Virus record (IMG/VR): IMGVR_UViG_3300025121_000011
Span: 186,001-250,000 of that record
Strand: one strand, 5' to 3'
Length of the DNA: 64,000 nucleotides
In this document: positions 1 to 9,563 of the stretch, in pieces
Position numbering within the stretch: the first letter of the stretch is position 1
Layout of the letters: each line of letters starts with the position of its first letter
Notes under the pieces: model-generated
Told to the model about the DNA's origin: nothing
The model's input: the letters and a program-made list of their open reading frames with translations, nothing else
The model's database searches: none
Translations under genes and position numbers: made by a program

Positions 1-21
1 AAAGAAATAACGGAGTATAAG

Positions 22-807
22 ATGAAAATAGGATTAATTGGTATTGGATTTGTTGGTGGAGCTATTAGGGATTTTTTTATTAAAACAGATGAGACGCTTT
101 TATTATATGACAAATATAATGATAATTATAATGATAAAGAATCCATATTGGAAGCGGATATGATTTTTATATGCGTTCCAACTCCACATATGGAAAATAA
201 TGGATATGATATTTCTGCTATAGAAGATTCGTTGTCTTTTCTAGATTCTCATAAATATAACGGACTAGTAATAATTAAAAGCACTGTTCTTCCTGGAACA
301 ATAGATTCGTTTTCGAAAAAATTTAAATTGAAAATTATACATAATCCGGAATTTCTAACCGCAAGAACGGCGTCTAAAGATTTTGAAAATCAAAAGGTAA
401 TTATTATCGGGGCGAAAGATTCAGATATAATATGCGAATTAGTAGAGTTATATACAAAACATTTTCCGGATTCTATTATTAATATTGTTAAACCGTCTGA
501 ATCAGAATCAATAAAGATTATGGCGAACAGCTTTTACTCTACGAAAATTCAAATTCTAAATGAATTCTATGGCTTATGTCAGGCTCTTGGTATAGACTAT
601 GAAGTTGTTAAAAATAATATAGTAGGTCTTGGCTGGGTAAATAATATGCACACCTCTGTGCCTGGCCATGATGGAAAACTAAGTTATGGCGGAGCATGCT
701 TTATAAAAGATACTCGTGCTCTTTTAGACCAAATGAAGAAAGCACATGTTAATCATCAGGTTTTAGAAGGAGTTGTTAATGAGAGAAATATCATGCGAGA
801 TGATTAA
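22..807 (+). CDS. ugd: UDP-glucose/GDP-mannose 6-dehydrogenase family protein (short form lacking the C-terminal UDP-binding domain)
   Basis: GIGFVGG Rossmann motif, CVPTP, KSTVLPGT, NPEFL, ESIKIMANSF, YGGACFIKD catalytic-Cys motif; only 261 aa. Confidence 0.85.
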   Translation: MKIGLIGIGFVGGAIRDFFIKTDETLLLYDKYNDNYNDKESILEADMIFICVPTPHMENNGYDISAIEDSLSFLDSHKYNGLVIIKSTVLPGTIDSFSKKFKLKIIHNPEFLTARTASKDFENQKVIIIGAKDSDIICELVELYTKHFPDSIINIVKPSESESIKIMANSFYSTKIQILNEFYGLCQALGIDYEVVKNNIVGLGWVNNMHTSVPGHDGKLSYGGACFIKDTRALLDQMKKAHVNHQVLEGVVNERNIMRDD

Positions 808-825
808 TAATTTAGGATTTTTATC

Positions 826-1770
826 ATGAGTATTAATCGAGTTAAAGAAGGGTTTTATTATACAGATGGAAATATAACCGGAAAGGCACATAAAAGTTGG
901 TATCGTGGAAAGACATGTAATTTTAATCCAAATATTAAAAATATTTTAGAAGTAGATAGTGTAGATAAATATATTTTAGCTGGATGGTTACCAGATGCCC
1001 CATTTATTGATAAAACAACTGTAATAACAACATTTGGCAGTTGTTTTGCTTTGTATATATCTGAATACCTTGATAAAAAAGGCTATAACGCTTCTCTTAA
1101 GGATGGAAATAATCTAATTGATTTTAAAGCAGGGGTAAATAATACATTTGCGATTAGACAACTGATAGAGTGGGTGTACAATGGGAAAAGCTTTGCAGAG
1201 GAAACATGGCATAGAGATGATAAAAGTATAATTGAAAAGAGTGAATCTCTTAGAAGTAAAACCTTAGAAAGATTTTTAAAAACTGATGTTTTTATAATTA
1301 CATTAGGTCTTAGCGAAATTTGGTATAATAAAGAGACTAATGATGTCTTTTGGAGGGCAATACCAGAAGATCAATTCGACCATAATAAGCACGGATTTAG
1401 AGTCTCTACCTTTCAGGAAAATAAAGATAATATTCGTTATATTTACAACACTATTATATCATTTAATAAGAATGCTAAAGTAATTTTTACAATATCTCCT
1501 GTTCCATTGGTTGCAACATTTCGCCCAGTGTCATGTCTATCTGCAAATTCAGTCTCAAAAGCTATTCTAAGAGCGGCAATAGATGAGTTTTATCGAGAGG
1601 AAAATGGAGATAATATTGACAATATATTTTATTGGCCTTCTTATGAGATTGTAGAAAAGATATTTAATTATAAATTTAATGGTGGGGCTTATGACTTCGA
1701 CTATCGACATATTAAAAAAGAATGTGTAACAGAGATTATGAGATTATTTGGTCAGTATTATACGATTTAA
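826..1770 (+). CDS. GSCFA-domain protein (SGNH-like, polysaccharide-locus associated)
   Basis: TFGSCFA signature, FIITLGLSEIW, IFTISPVPL, SVSKAILRAA, YWPSYE. Confidence 0.8.
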   Translation: MSINRVKEGFYYTDGNITGKAHKSWYRGKTCNFNPNIKNILEVDSVDKYILAGWLPDAPFIDKTTVITTFGSCFALYISEYLDKKGYNASLKDGNNLIDFKAGVNNTFAIRQLIEWVYNGKSFAEETWHRDDKSIIEKSESLRSKTLERFLKTDVFIITLGLSEIWYNKETNDVFWRAIPEDQFDHNKHGFRVSTFQENKDNIRYIYNTIISFNKNAKVIFTISPVPLVATFRPVSCLSANSVSKAILRAAIDEFYREENGDNIDNIFYWPSYEIVEKIFNYKFNGGAYDFDYRHIKKECVTEIMRLFGQYYTI

Positions 1771-1902
1771 CATAAATCTTTTGTAATGATTTGATATTAA
1801 TCATTTAAAATATTAAGAAAATTGCATTGATGGAATAACATTTACACGGTAAATTATATATTGCGCTGCCGATTCTGGCAATAGAATTACAAAGGATACT
1901 AT

Positions 1903-2862
1903 ATGAATGCATTGGTAACTGGTGGGGCAGGCTTTATTGGAAGTCATTTGGTTGATGCGTTAGTAGCGGATCAACATTTTGATAAAATACTTGTGATAGA
2001 CAATTATAGTACCGGATTAAAAAAGAATTTAGAACACTTAGAAGATAAGATTGTCATCACGCATGATAGTGTATCAAAGCCTCATGCTGTATATCAAATG
2101 GCAGATTTATTTCATGCTTCTCAAATTGATGTCGTGTTTCATTTAGCTGCGGCTCCAGGCGTTCCCTTCTCAATGAAAGAACCGGCTCTTTCTCATATGG
2201 AAAATGTCAACGGTACTTTTAATGTATTGGAAGCAGCCAGACAAGCTAAAGTAAAGAGAGTTGTTTTCTCATCTTCATCTTCTATTTATGGGGGAAAAGC
2301 AAATTTTCCAACTTATGAAGCCGATTTTCCAATGATTGAATATAGACCGCAATCTCCATACGCACAATTTAAAGCAGTTGGAGAACAGTATTGTAAAATG
2401 TATTCTTCTATGTTTGGATTAGATACAGTTTGTTTAAGATATTTTAATGTTATGGGCCCCCGACAAAGAGCAGATTCTGCATATGCCGCTGTTGTTGCTG
2501 CATTTATAGACTGCGCAGTTAATAATAAAATTCCAAAAATTCATGGAGATGGATTAGCTTTTCGCGATTTTACCTTTGTAGATAATGTAGTTAGTGCTAA
2601 TATTTTAGCTGCCACTTATCCTAATCTTTTAAGAGGTGAATCTTTTAACGTAGGAACCGGAAGAAAAATTACCGTTAATGACGTACACAAGGTTAGTGGT
2701 GCTTTGCCCGCTATTTATAGTGAAAATAGAATTGGAGATGTAAATGGATCTCAGGCATCAATAGAAAAAATTTCTAAAGTTTTAGGATATAAAGTATTGG
2801 TCAATTTCGAAGATGGTATGAAATTAACTAAAGAATGGCATTTAGCTCAAAAAGGAGTATAA
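1903..2862 (+). CDS. NAD-dependent nucleotide-sugar epimerase/dehydratase (GalE/WbpP-like extended SDR)
   Basis: TGGAGFIGSH, VFHLAA, SSSSIYG, YAQFK (YxxxK), LRYFNVMGPRQ, RDFTFVDNVV. Confidence 0.9.
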   Translation: MNALVTGGAGFIGSHLVDALVADQHFDKILVIDNYSTGLKKNLEHLEDKIVITHDSVSKPHAVYQMADLFHASQIDVVFHLAAAPGVPFSMKEPALSHMENVNGTFNVLEAARQAKVKRVVFSSSSSIYGGKANFPTYEADFPMIEYRPQSPYAQFKAVGEQYCKMYSSMFGLDTVCLRYFNVMGPRQRADSAYAAVVAAFIDCAVNNKIPKIHGDGLAFRDFTFVDNVVSANILAATYPNLLRGESFNVGTGRKITVNDVHKVSGALPAIYSENRIGDVNGSQASIEKISKVLGYKVLVNFEDGMKLTKEWHLAQKGV

Positions 2863-2864
2863 TA

Positions 2865-3308
2865 ATGGCAGATTCAAGACCTACCGTAGCAGTATCAGGA
2901 GGATTAGATCCTGTACATATGGGCCATATAAAATTAATTCAAGAGGCATATAGATATGGAGATGTAATTGTTATTTTAAATAGTGATCATTGGCTTTTTG
3001 AAAAGAAAGGTTTTTGTTTTATGTCTTTTGACGAACGAGCTACAATTTTAGCAGCAATCAAAGGTGTGGTCAAGGTTGTGGAAGTAGATGACAGTGATGG
3101 AACAGTTTGTGAAGCCTTAGAAAGGTTACATCCAGATTACTTTGCCAATGGTGGTGATAGAAAAGAGTATAATGTACCAGAAGTTGAATTATGTAAAAAA
3201 TTAGGAATTAAACTATTATGGAATATTGGCGGGGACAAGATGCAGAGTAGTAGTGATTTAGTTTCTAGACTTGTAAAAAAGAGTAATATCAAAATAAGTG
3301 AAAGATGA
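2865..3308 (+). CDS. Cytidylyltransferase-like nucleotidyltransferase (TagD/RfaE/RibL-like)
   Basis: SGGLDPVHMGH (HxGH), VILNSD, FANGGDR, SSSDL; start moved from 2835 to ATG 2865 behind an AGGAG RBS. Confidence 0.8.
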   Translation: MADSRPTVAVSGGLDPVHMGHIKLIQEAYRYGDVIVILNSDHWLFEKKGFCFMSFDERATILAAIKGVVKVVEVDDSDGTVCEALERLHPDYFANGGDRKEYNVPEVELCKKLGIKLLWNIGGDKMQSSSDLVSRLVKKSNIKISER

Positions 3309-3700
3309 AAGTATTAACCAAGGAACAAATTGAGATAAACAGACAAGAGCGTTTGTCTAAAGTTGCGCCAAAAAAAGCAATTAGACGGAATATATGGGGA
3401 ATTGAAAAATCATTACAATCTCACGAATATATTATTCCGGAGCCTAATGCTGATTATCTTGGATTAACACGAGATGATCTTGAGGAGCATACAGTTAAAA
3501 GAGCGATAGAAGCTATGCGTGCAATTCGAAAACAGATAGAGTCACTGGGAGCCCTGCTTAAAAATATAGATCCTGAAAAAATTCCGATTTTATGTAAAGA
3601 GCTTGGAATGGAAGGTGAATTGAATGCGATATTATCAAGTCCAAATATATCAGAGAATTTAAAATGGCAAATTATTTATAATTTGGATAAAGTAGTTTAA
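3305..3700 (+). CDS. Hypothetical protein
   Basis: 131-aa ORF coupled by ATGA overlap to the upstream gene; no recognised motif. Confidence 0.6.
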   Translation: MKVLTKEQIEINRQERLSKVAPKKAIRRNIWGIEKSLQSHEYIIPEPNADYLGLTRDDLEEHTVKRAIEAMRAIRKQIESLGALLKNIDPEKIPILCKELGMEGELNAILSSPNISENLKWQIIYNLDKVV

Positions 3701-3722
3701 TGAATTAAGGTTGGAGATATGA

Positions 3723-5867
3723 ATGGAAAATGAAAAATACCTCAGAGCTGTTTTGACTGGCGTAGCGGGTCAGGATGGTTCGTATCTGTCAGAACATTTA
3801 CTTGGTTTAAATTATACGGTAATAGGAATATCTAGGCGAAAATCTGTAGAACAGGGTCTTACAAATATACAACATCTTATATCCAATCCGAATTTTCATC
3901 TTTTGATTGGCGATATTACAGACTCTACATTTATTAGTCGCACATTGCATGATTGGCAGCCGCATGAATATTATGGATTAGCCGCAATGTCTAATGTGGG
4001 GCAATCTTTTAAAGAACCTCTTAATACATTTAGAACTAATGCAGAAGCTGTAATTATGCAATTAGAAATGATTAGACAATTATCACCATCTACTAGATAT
4101 TATCAAGCATCTACTTCGGAACTTTTTGGAGGCATCAATTGCCCCGAAGAGGGTTATGATGAATCATCTCCAATTTATCCTAGATCTCCATATGCAGTTG
4201 CCAAAGCTGCGGCTTATTATGCTGTAATTAATTACAGAGAAGCCTATGGGATTCATGCTTCCAACGGAATATTATTCAACCACAGTTGTATTGCTCCAAA
4301 TACGGCGGTAATAATAAAAAGAAATAAAAATATAGAAATAGTAAATCCAACCGATATTCTTCGGCCTTCTGTTTTAGAGGTCGGTCTTAATTTAAGTGAT
4401 GAAAATATAGATATATGGGATGGAGAAGAATGGGTTAAATTAAAATCCATAACTGCAAAACCCGTTAAGGATAGTGATTTAGATATGGTTGGGCAAATTA
4501 CAAATACGAGAAGTGGTGTTGTCTTTACGACAAAAAATCATAATTTACTTGATAAAAACAGTAAAAAGGTTCGGGCAGATTCTGTAGGTATTGGAACCAA
4601 TCTTTTGCATGGTAAATACCCAATGATAAATAGAAATTTAAATGAATTTAGTGTTGATGAGGCGGAATTAATCGGATTAATTGTTGGAGACGGTTGGATT
4701 CATAAAGAAAAGACGATATGTCATATAGGAAATAATTCTGACGATATAGTTGAAAGAATAAGGGTACTATGGTCACAGATAAATAATTCAACAATCACCA
4801 TAGGAAAGTTTTATAACAAAAAGGGGTCTTTTGGAAAAAGTAGAAATATAAAAATTAATAACTTCTCAGATTGGCATTATGCGGGATATCTCAGAGATAT
4901 GATATATAATTTTGATAATAAGAAAAAAATACCAATTGGTATTTTAAATTCCTCTGTTGATGTTCAATTAGCTTTTCTCAATGGATATAATATGGCAGAT
5001 GGATTGAAAAAGAATAAATGCAGATATAAGTTTAAAAATTTCAAGACCAACAGTCAGGAATTAGCTGCGGGGCTTCTTTTGTTAATTCATAATACAACAA
5101 AGCAGACTTACAATCTAAATATAGAATATAGAAATAATAAATATTATTACAGTATTAATTTATTATCAGATAAGCAAACCTCAAATGAAAAACAATCAGA
5201 AATAAAGCACCTGCTATCTCTCGGCCTTTCTCAAAGAGAAATAAACAGAAGAACTGGAATATCAAGAGTTTTTATTAGAAAGGTTCAAAATAATGAACAA
5301 ATAATAACCAAACATTATAGATTTTTAAACAGAGCAGAAGTTAAAAAGATTTTAAATACAAAATATAATTGTGTTTATGATATCGAAACAGAATCTGGAA
5401 AGTTTATGGCAGGAGCGGGAAGCATTGTAATCGCAAACTCTCCTCGCAGGGGATTTGACTTCGCAACCAGAAAGATAACCAGTGGAATAGCTAAAATCAA
5501 ATTAGGCTTAGAGCCTAATCTTAAAATGGGAAACCTTGATGTGTTTAGAGACGAGGGGCATGTCAAGGATCATATGAAAGCAATGCATTTAATATTGCAA
5601 CAAGAGACTCCAGATGATTATGTAATATGTACAGAAACAGGTGCAACGATTAAAGAAATGTTAGAATATGTTTGTGAATTAGCAGAATTGGATTTTGAGA
5701 ATGTATATGAAATGGACCAAGATTTTATGCGCCCATCAGATGTTAAATTTTTAAAAGGAAACGCAACAAAGGCTAGGTTAGTTTTGGGATGGGCACCAGA
5801 ATATACTTGGAAAGAAACGTTAAAAGAAATGTATGAAAATGATCTTAAAATATTGCAGAAATTATAG
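3723..5867 (+). CDS. gmd: GDP-mannose 4,6-dehydratase, intein-containing
   Basis: TGVAGQDGSYL, YQASTSELFG, PRSPYAVAK, GILFNH...SPRRG split by an intein, FATRKIT, LKMGNLD, FMRPSDV. Confidence 0.92.
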   Translation: MENEKYLRAVLTGVAGQDGSYLSEHLLGLNYTVIGISRRKSVEQGLTNIQHLISNPNFHLLIGDITDSTFISRTLHDWQPHEYYGLAAMSNVGQSFKEPLNTFRTNAEAVIMQLEMIRQLSPSTRYYQASTSELFGGINCPEEGYDESSPIYPRSPYAVAKAAAYYAVINYREAYGIHASNGILFNHSCIAPNTAVIIKRNKNIEIVNPTDILRPSVLEVGLNLSDENIDIWDGEEWVKLKSITAKPVKDSDLDMVGQITNTRSGVVFTTKNHNLLDKNSKKVRADSVGIGTNLLHGKYPMINRNLNEFSVDEAELIGLIVGDGWIHKEKTICHIGNNSDDIVERIRVLWSQINNSTITIGKFYNKKGSFGKSRNIKINNFSDWHYAGYLRDMIYNFDNKKKIPIGILNSSVDVQLAFLNGYNMADGLKKNKCRYKFKNFKTNSQELAAGLLLLIHNTTKQTYNLNIEYRNNKYYYSINLLSDKQTSNEKQSEIKHLLSLGLSQREINRRTGISRVFIRKVQNNEQIITKHYRFLNRAEVKKILNTKYNCVYDIETESGKFMAGAGSIVIANSPRRGFDFATRKITSGIAKIKLGLEPNLKMGNLDVFRDEGHVKDHMKAMHLILQQETPDDYVICTETGATIKEMLEYVCELAELDFENVYEMDQDFMRPSDVKFLKGNATKARLVLGWAPEYTWKETLKEMYENDLKILQKL
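4287..5438 (+). mobile_element. Intein (384 aa) with LAGLIDADG endonuclease in gmd
   Basis: Begins CIAPNT, ends VYDIETESGKFMAGAGSIVIAN followed by Ser; LIGLIVGDG and FLNGYNMADG motifs; removal restores FNHS|SPRRG. Confidence 0.9.
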
Positions 5868-5877
5868 AACGATAAGC

Positions 5878-5884
5878 TATTAAT
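5878..5884 (+). promoter_or_regulatory. TAYTAAT element (putative late promoter)
   Basis: TATTAAT 25 nt upstream of ATG 5910; the same heptamer lies 17-30 nt upstream of several other operon starts. Confidence 0.45.
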
Positions 5885-5909
5885 TCAGTTAATTAAGATA
5901 GGGGATGCG

Positions 5910-6659
5910 ATGTATCAATTAACTGAATTATTAAATATTCTGAAGAGATCACACTCTGATTCTAGTGAGATTCGAAATATAATTCATAAGATAGCAACTC
6001 GACCATTACCTATACCATCCAAAGAGGAACTTCAGCCAACAGCAGATAAGATAATAGAATATATAGAGCATCAATTAAAAACTGTTCCAATATATTCTAG
6101 CATAATGCGCAATACTCAAAAGAAGCATTATAAAAGTTCTATTCCAATTGAAACATTAAAATTAAAAAATGTTAAAGATGATGAAATTAAAATAGATATT
6201 TTTTGGGCTTATACATCTGAAGACATGAAGGGATTTTTGGAAGAAATTTCTGATGAATATAAAAAAATATATATCTTTATAAGATCTGATATCCCAAAAA
6301 TAGAAGCCTTTAAAGATTTACGTAAACATATTATTGTTTCATTGGAACACGAAATAACTCATGCACTTGATATTCTTTCGCTATCAGATGAATATCTTTC
6401 TCTGGATGGTAAGCAAGATTTTATAGCATATGTAAATGATTCTGGAGAGATCAAAGCATTTATACGTACATTATATTCCGAAATACAAGAAGAGGTAAGA
6501 GAAAGAATAGATAATGGTGGATCATTGGGTTCGGCCATTATGCATGCGTTAAGTACAAACCTTGACTGGAAGCAAATTAAAAAATATGTGTCTGATAAAA
6601 ACAAAGCAGTTTTGTTAAAAGGATTAGTAACAGCCTTTCAAGATGAAGGTTTAATGTAG
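5910..6659 (+). CDS. HExxH zincin-like metallopeptidase-domain protein with loose match to the shared leader
   Basis: SLEHEITHALD followed by YVNDSGEIKAF (downstream Glu ligand); N-terminus QLTELLNILKRSH. Confidence 0.6.
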   Translation: MYQLTELLNILKRSHSDSSEIRNIIHKIATRPLPIPSKEELQPTADKIIEYIEHQLKTVPIYSSIMRNTQKKHYKSSIPIETLKLKNVKDDEIKIDIFWAYTSEDMKGFLEEISDEYKKIYIFIRSDIPKIEAFKDLRKHIIVSLEHEITHALDILSLSDEYLSLDGKQDFIAYVNDSGEIKAFIRTLYSEIQEEVRERIDNGGSLGSAIMHALSTNLDWKQIKKYVSDKNKAVLLKGLVTAFQDEGLM

Positions 6660-6668
6660 GAGATAATT

Positions 6669-6863
6669 ATGTCATTTAAAAAAACTGGAGAGATTAAAGT
6701 TTATCGAAAAGATAAAGAAGGCATATCTAAGAAAGCCGGAAAAGAGAGTCCTGCGAGATATACCGTAGATGATTTGGTAGATGAATCTGAAGCTGGATAC
6801 GATCCTTATGAGGAAGAAGATTGGGATCTGGAAATATCACCAAAAGAACAAGCAGAATCATAA
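6669..6863 (+). CDS. Small hypothetical protein (basic N-terminus, acidic C-terminus)
   Basis: 64-aa ORF with a GGAG RBS, in operon context. Confidence 0.55.
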   Translation: MSFKKTGEIKVYRKDKEGISKKAGKESPARYTVDDLVDESEAGYDPYEEEDWDLEISPKEQAES

Positions 6864-6900
6864 TTTCATCCAACCTTTAAGAATGTGATTGGAGAATATA

Positions 6901-7311
6901 ATGTGGGATAAAATAAAAATACTTTCTAATGTTTTAAAACGTTTTGGATTAGCCAAAGATGTAGATGCACTATTAGAATCTGAAGGATTTTCTGAAGATA
7001 TACATATTTTATTTTTAAAACAGGGAGGAAAAAAAGATCATCTTTTATCCTTATTTCATCATTTACATCATTCAATAAGTGATAGAAAAATAGAACACGA
7101 AGTTCATCATTGTGGTGGGAAACATAAAGGTAAAGATATAAATTATACTATATCTCATTGTTCTCATAATAAACATAGAATAGATAAAGAAGATGCCATC
7201 GGACATGGCACAACACACGGAGATGATCTTTTAGCAGTTAAAATTCATTTTACGGAAAAATGTTCTGATGGTGGTTGGCACATAGAAAGCGGAAAAATAA
7301 AAGATGATTAA
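6901..7311 (+). CDS. His-rich hypothetical protein with the shared leader motif
   Basis: ATG 6901 behind GGAG; KIKILSNVLKRFGLAKDVDALL; many His and several Cys in the C-terminal half. Confidence 0.6.
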   Translation: MWDKIKILSNVLKRFGLAKDVDALLESEGFSEDIHILFLKQGGKKDHLLSLFHHLHHSISDRKIEHEVHHCGGKHKGKDINYTISHCSHNKHRIDKEDAIGHGTTHGDDLLAVKIHFTEKCSDGGWHIESGKIKDD

Positions 7312-8080
7312 TGAATATGAAGCTATTTGCAGTAAAATAAACAACTATGATTGGCATCCAAGTTATGATTCTTTTGAGAATAAAGTATATTCATTAAATA
7401 TTGCTATTACTCAAGATCTTGATAAAATTGTTAATAAAATAACTGTAAATAAACAAGAAATTCATTTAGCTTATTCGGGTGGAGTAGATTCTACAATTAT
7501 TTTATTTAAGCTTTTAAAATATAATATTCCAATTTTTGCTCATACAATTGCTTCGAGTGAAAATCATTTTGATTTTATATATGCAAAAAAAGTGTTATCT
7601 TCTTCTAATATATTATCAAGCGTTAAACATATACCTCATATTTTATCTGTGAAAGAAGATGATCTTATAGAGTCTAACAATATTTTAGAATCAAATGATA
7701 AAAGACCAGATAATTATTATTATTTAATGCGATCTATATTGCATTATACTCAATCAGTTATTAATTGCGATATAATAGATGAACTACTTGGTGGATATTA
7801 TTTGCATTATGGACCGAATATTCCAATGTTTTATGATTGTTTAAATAAGTTAATAAAAGATCATTTATATATTTTAAATAAGATTTCTACACATTTTAAT
7901 ATAGAAGTGTTTCTTCCATATGGTGGAGATAATTTTATGCATAAATGTGAATCTTTTTCTTTTGATGAATTGGTCGGAATAAATCAGCGAAAAAAGCCTG
8001 TATATGAAATCGCAAAATTATGTAATATTCCAGAATATATAATGGAGCGCAAAAAAATGGGATTAGTTTCTGCTTTATAA
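7304..8080 (+). CDS. Asparagine synthetase C-terminal-like PP-loop ATPase (no glutaminase domain)
   Basis: LAYSGGVDST PP-loop, DELLGGY, RKKPVYE, ERKKMG. Confidence 0.7.
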   Translation: MINEYEAICSKINNYDWHPSYDSFENKVYSLNIAITQDLDKIVNKITVNKQEIHLAYSGGVDSTIILFKLLKYNIPIFAHTIASSENHFDFIYAKKVLSSSNILSSVKHIPHILSVKEDDLIESNNILESNDKRPDNYYYLMRSILHYTQSVINCDIIDELLGGYYLHYGPNIPMFYDCLNKLIKDHLYILNKISTHFNIEVFLPYGGDNFMHKCESFSFDELVGINQRKKPVYEIAKLCNIPEYIMERKKMGLVSAL

Positions 8081-8099
8081 AATAGAGGTATATAAGTTT

Positions 8100-8606
8100 A
8101 TGTTAAATAAACTACAAAATTTAGAATATGCTCTTTTGTCTTATGGTCTTGCAAAAGAGGCACGTTTTGTGAATTTATTAAATAGAAATATATCCACCGC
8201 TTCTTCTATTGCCGATTCAACGGAGCGTGCAATTCACACGCCATTTAATTCAGAAAAACTAATAGCAACAGATGGCATAAGAATACCTTTTGGTGATTTT
8301 AATGAACCATGGGAAGTGTTTATATTAGAAGGCGACAACTATTCTGGAGTCAGAGCGGGCAGAATACTATTGGGATATCAAGATGAACCAGCTGGAGGAA
8401 TCAAGTGGTTTGAGGAGGATGGTAGACCAGTAATAACTCATTATTTTCTTGATGAAGATTTAAGAGGCAAAAAAGTTATTTCTCAATTGCTAGAAATTTA
8501 TAAAAAGTATGTTTCGGATCGTATTATTATAACTGGTCCATTTTCAGAGCAGGGAAAAGCGGTGGCGGATAAAAAGGCAGATGAAATTGTAGATTATAAA
8601 TATTAA
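8100..8606 (+). CDS. GNAT-like acetyltransferase-domain protein with the shared leader motif
   Basis: ITHYFLDEDLRGKKVISQLL resembles GNAT motif A; N-terminus KLQNLEYALLSYGLAKEARFVNLL. Confidence 0.5.
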   Translation: MLNKLQNLEYALLSYGLAKEARFVNLLNRNISTASSIADSTERAIHTPFNSEKLIATDGIRIPFGDFNEPWEVFILEGDNYSGVRAGRILLGYQDEPAGGIKWFEEDGRPVITHYFLDEDLRGKKVISQLLEIYKKYVSDRIIITGPFSEQGKAVADKKADEIVDYKY

Positions 8607-8615
8607 TGAGGTCAA

Positions 8616-9563
8616 ATGAAGATTGCCATTTTAACATTTAATTATGGATATGCTGGGAAAGTTGTTAATGGTCCTGGCATGTGCTTGGCTAACTTTGTCA
8701 AATTTTTAAACCAAGTAATACCCAGTATAGAAGTAGAAGTTTTTACGCAACTAACACCAATCAAACCGATACCAAATGTGCATTCTATAAGTAATAATAA
8801 GCTCTTATCTAAGACTATTAAATATGTAGACCTCGTACATCATTGGAGCGGAATTACACCGGAGTTAGTTCGAGCAGTTATATATGCAAATCAATTGCAA
8901 AAGAAAGTCATCATCGGTCCAAATGTTTTAGATACTGTAGAGTTTGAAAAAGAAAAAGGATTTCTAAGGAAAGTAGCTTTTGAAAAAATATTAACAGCAA
9001 ATAATCGATTATCTTTTAAGATTTCCAAAGAACATAATATTCCGATAAATAAAGTAATTTCATTTCAAGTTGGACCAGATTTAGACTTATGGACTCCCTC
9101 GGCAGAAAGAGATGGCACAATTCTCTGGAAGGGAAATAGTAAACAATTTGTAAAAGATGTAGATTTTGCTAAAAGAATAGAAAGTAAAATAGGAAATAAA
9201 TATACTTTTAAATTTATTGGATATCCTAATCCTTATGATTATTATAATCATATTGCCGAAGCTCGATTATCTAAGATGACTATAACAACATCACTTAGTG
9301 AAACCATGAATCTTTCTCAGTTAGAATCTTGGAGTTCTGGAATACCATCAGTAAGTCATCCAAAAATTTATATGCATGGAAAAAATTATCAAACAGGCAT
9401 TATAACTAATAAAACTATTGATGAATATATAGATGCAATTAATGAAATTATGCAAAATGAACAACTCTATCAATATTTATCTTTAGGTTGTAGACAATAT
9501 ATTTTAGATGAATTTTCTGCAAGTAAAACTGTAGAGAAGTATTTACAAATTATTAGCAATTAA
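8616..9563 (+). CDS. Glycosyltransferase, GT-B fold (GT4-like)
   Basis: VIIGPN, GPDLDLWTP, TSLSETMNLSQLESWSSGIPSVS (Ex7E-type motif), C-terminal EFSASKTVEKY. Confidence 0.75.
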   Translation: MKIAILTFNYGYAGKVVNGPGMCLANFVKFLNQVIPSIEVEVFTQLTPIKPIPNVHSISNNKLLSKTIKYVDLVHHWSGITPELVRAVIYANQLQKKVIIGPNVLDTVEFEKEKGFLRKVAFEKILTANNRLSFKISKEHNIPINKVISFQVGPDLDLWTPSAERDGTILWKGNSKQFVKDVDFAKRIESKIGNKYTFKFIGYPNPYDYYNHIAEARLSKMTITTSLSETMNLSQLESWSSGIPSVSHPKIYMHGKNYQTGIITNKTIDEYIDAINEIMQNEQLYQYLSLGCRQYILDEFSASKTVEKYLQIISN

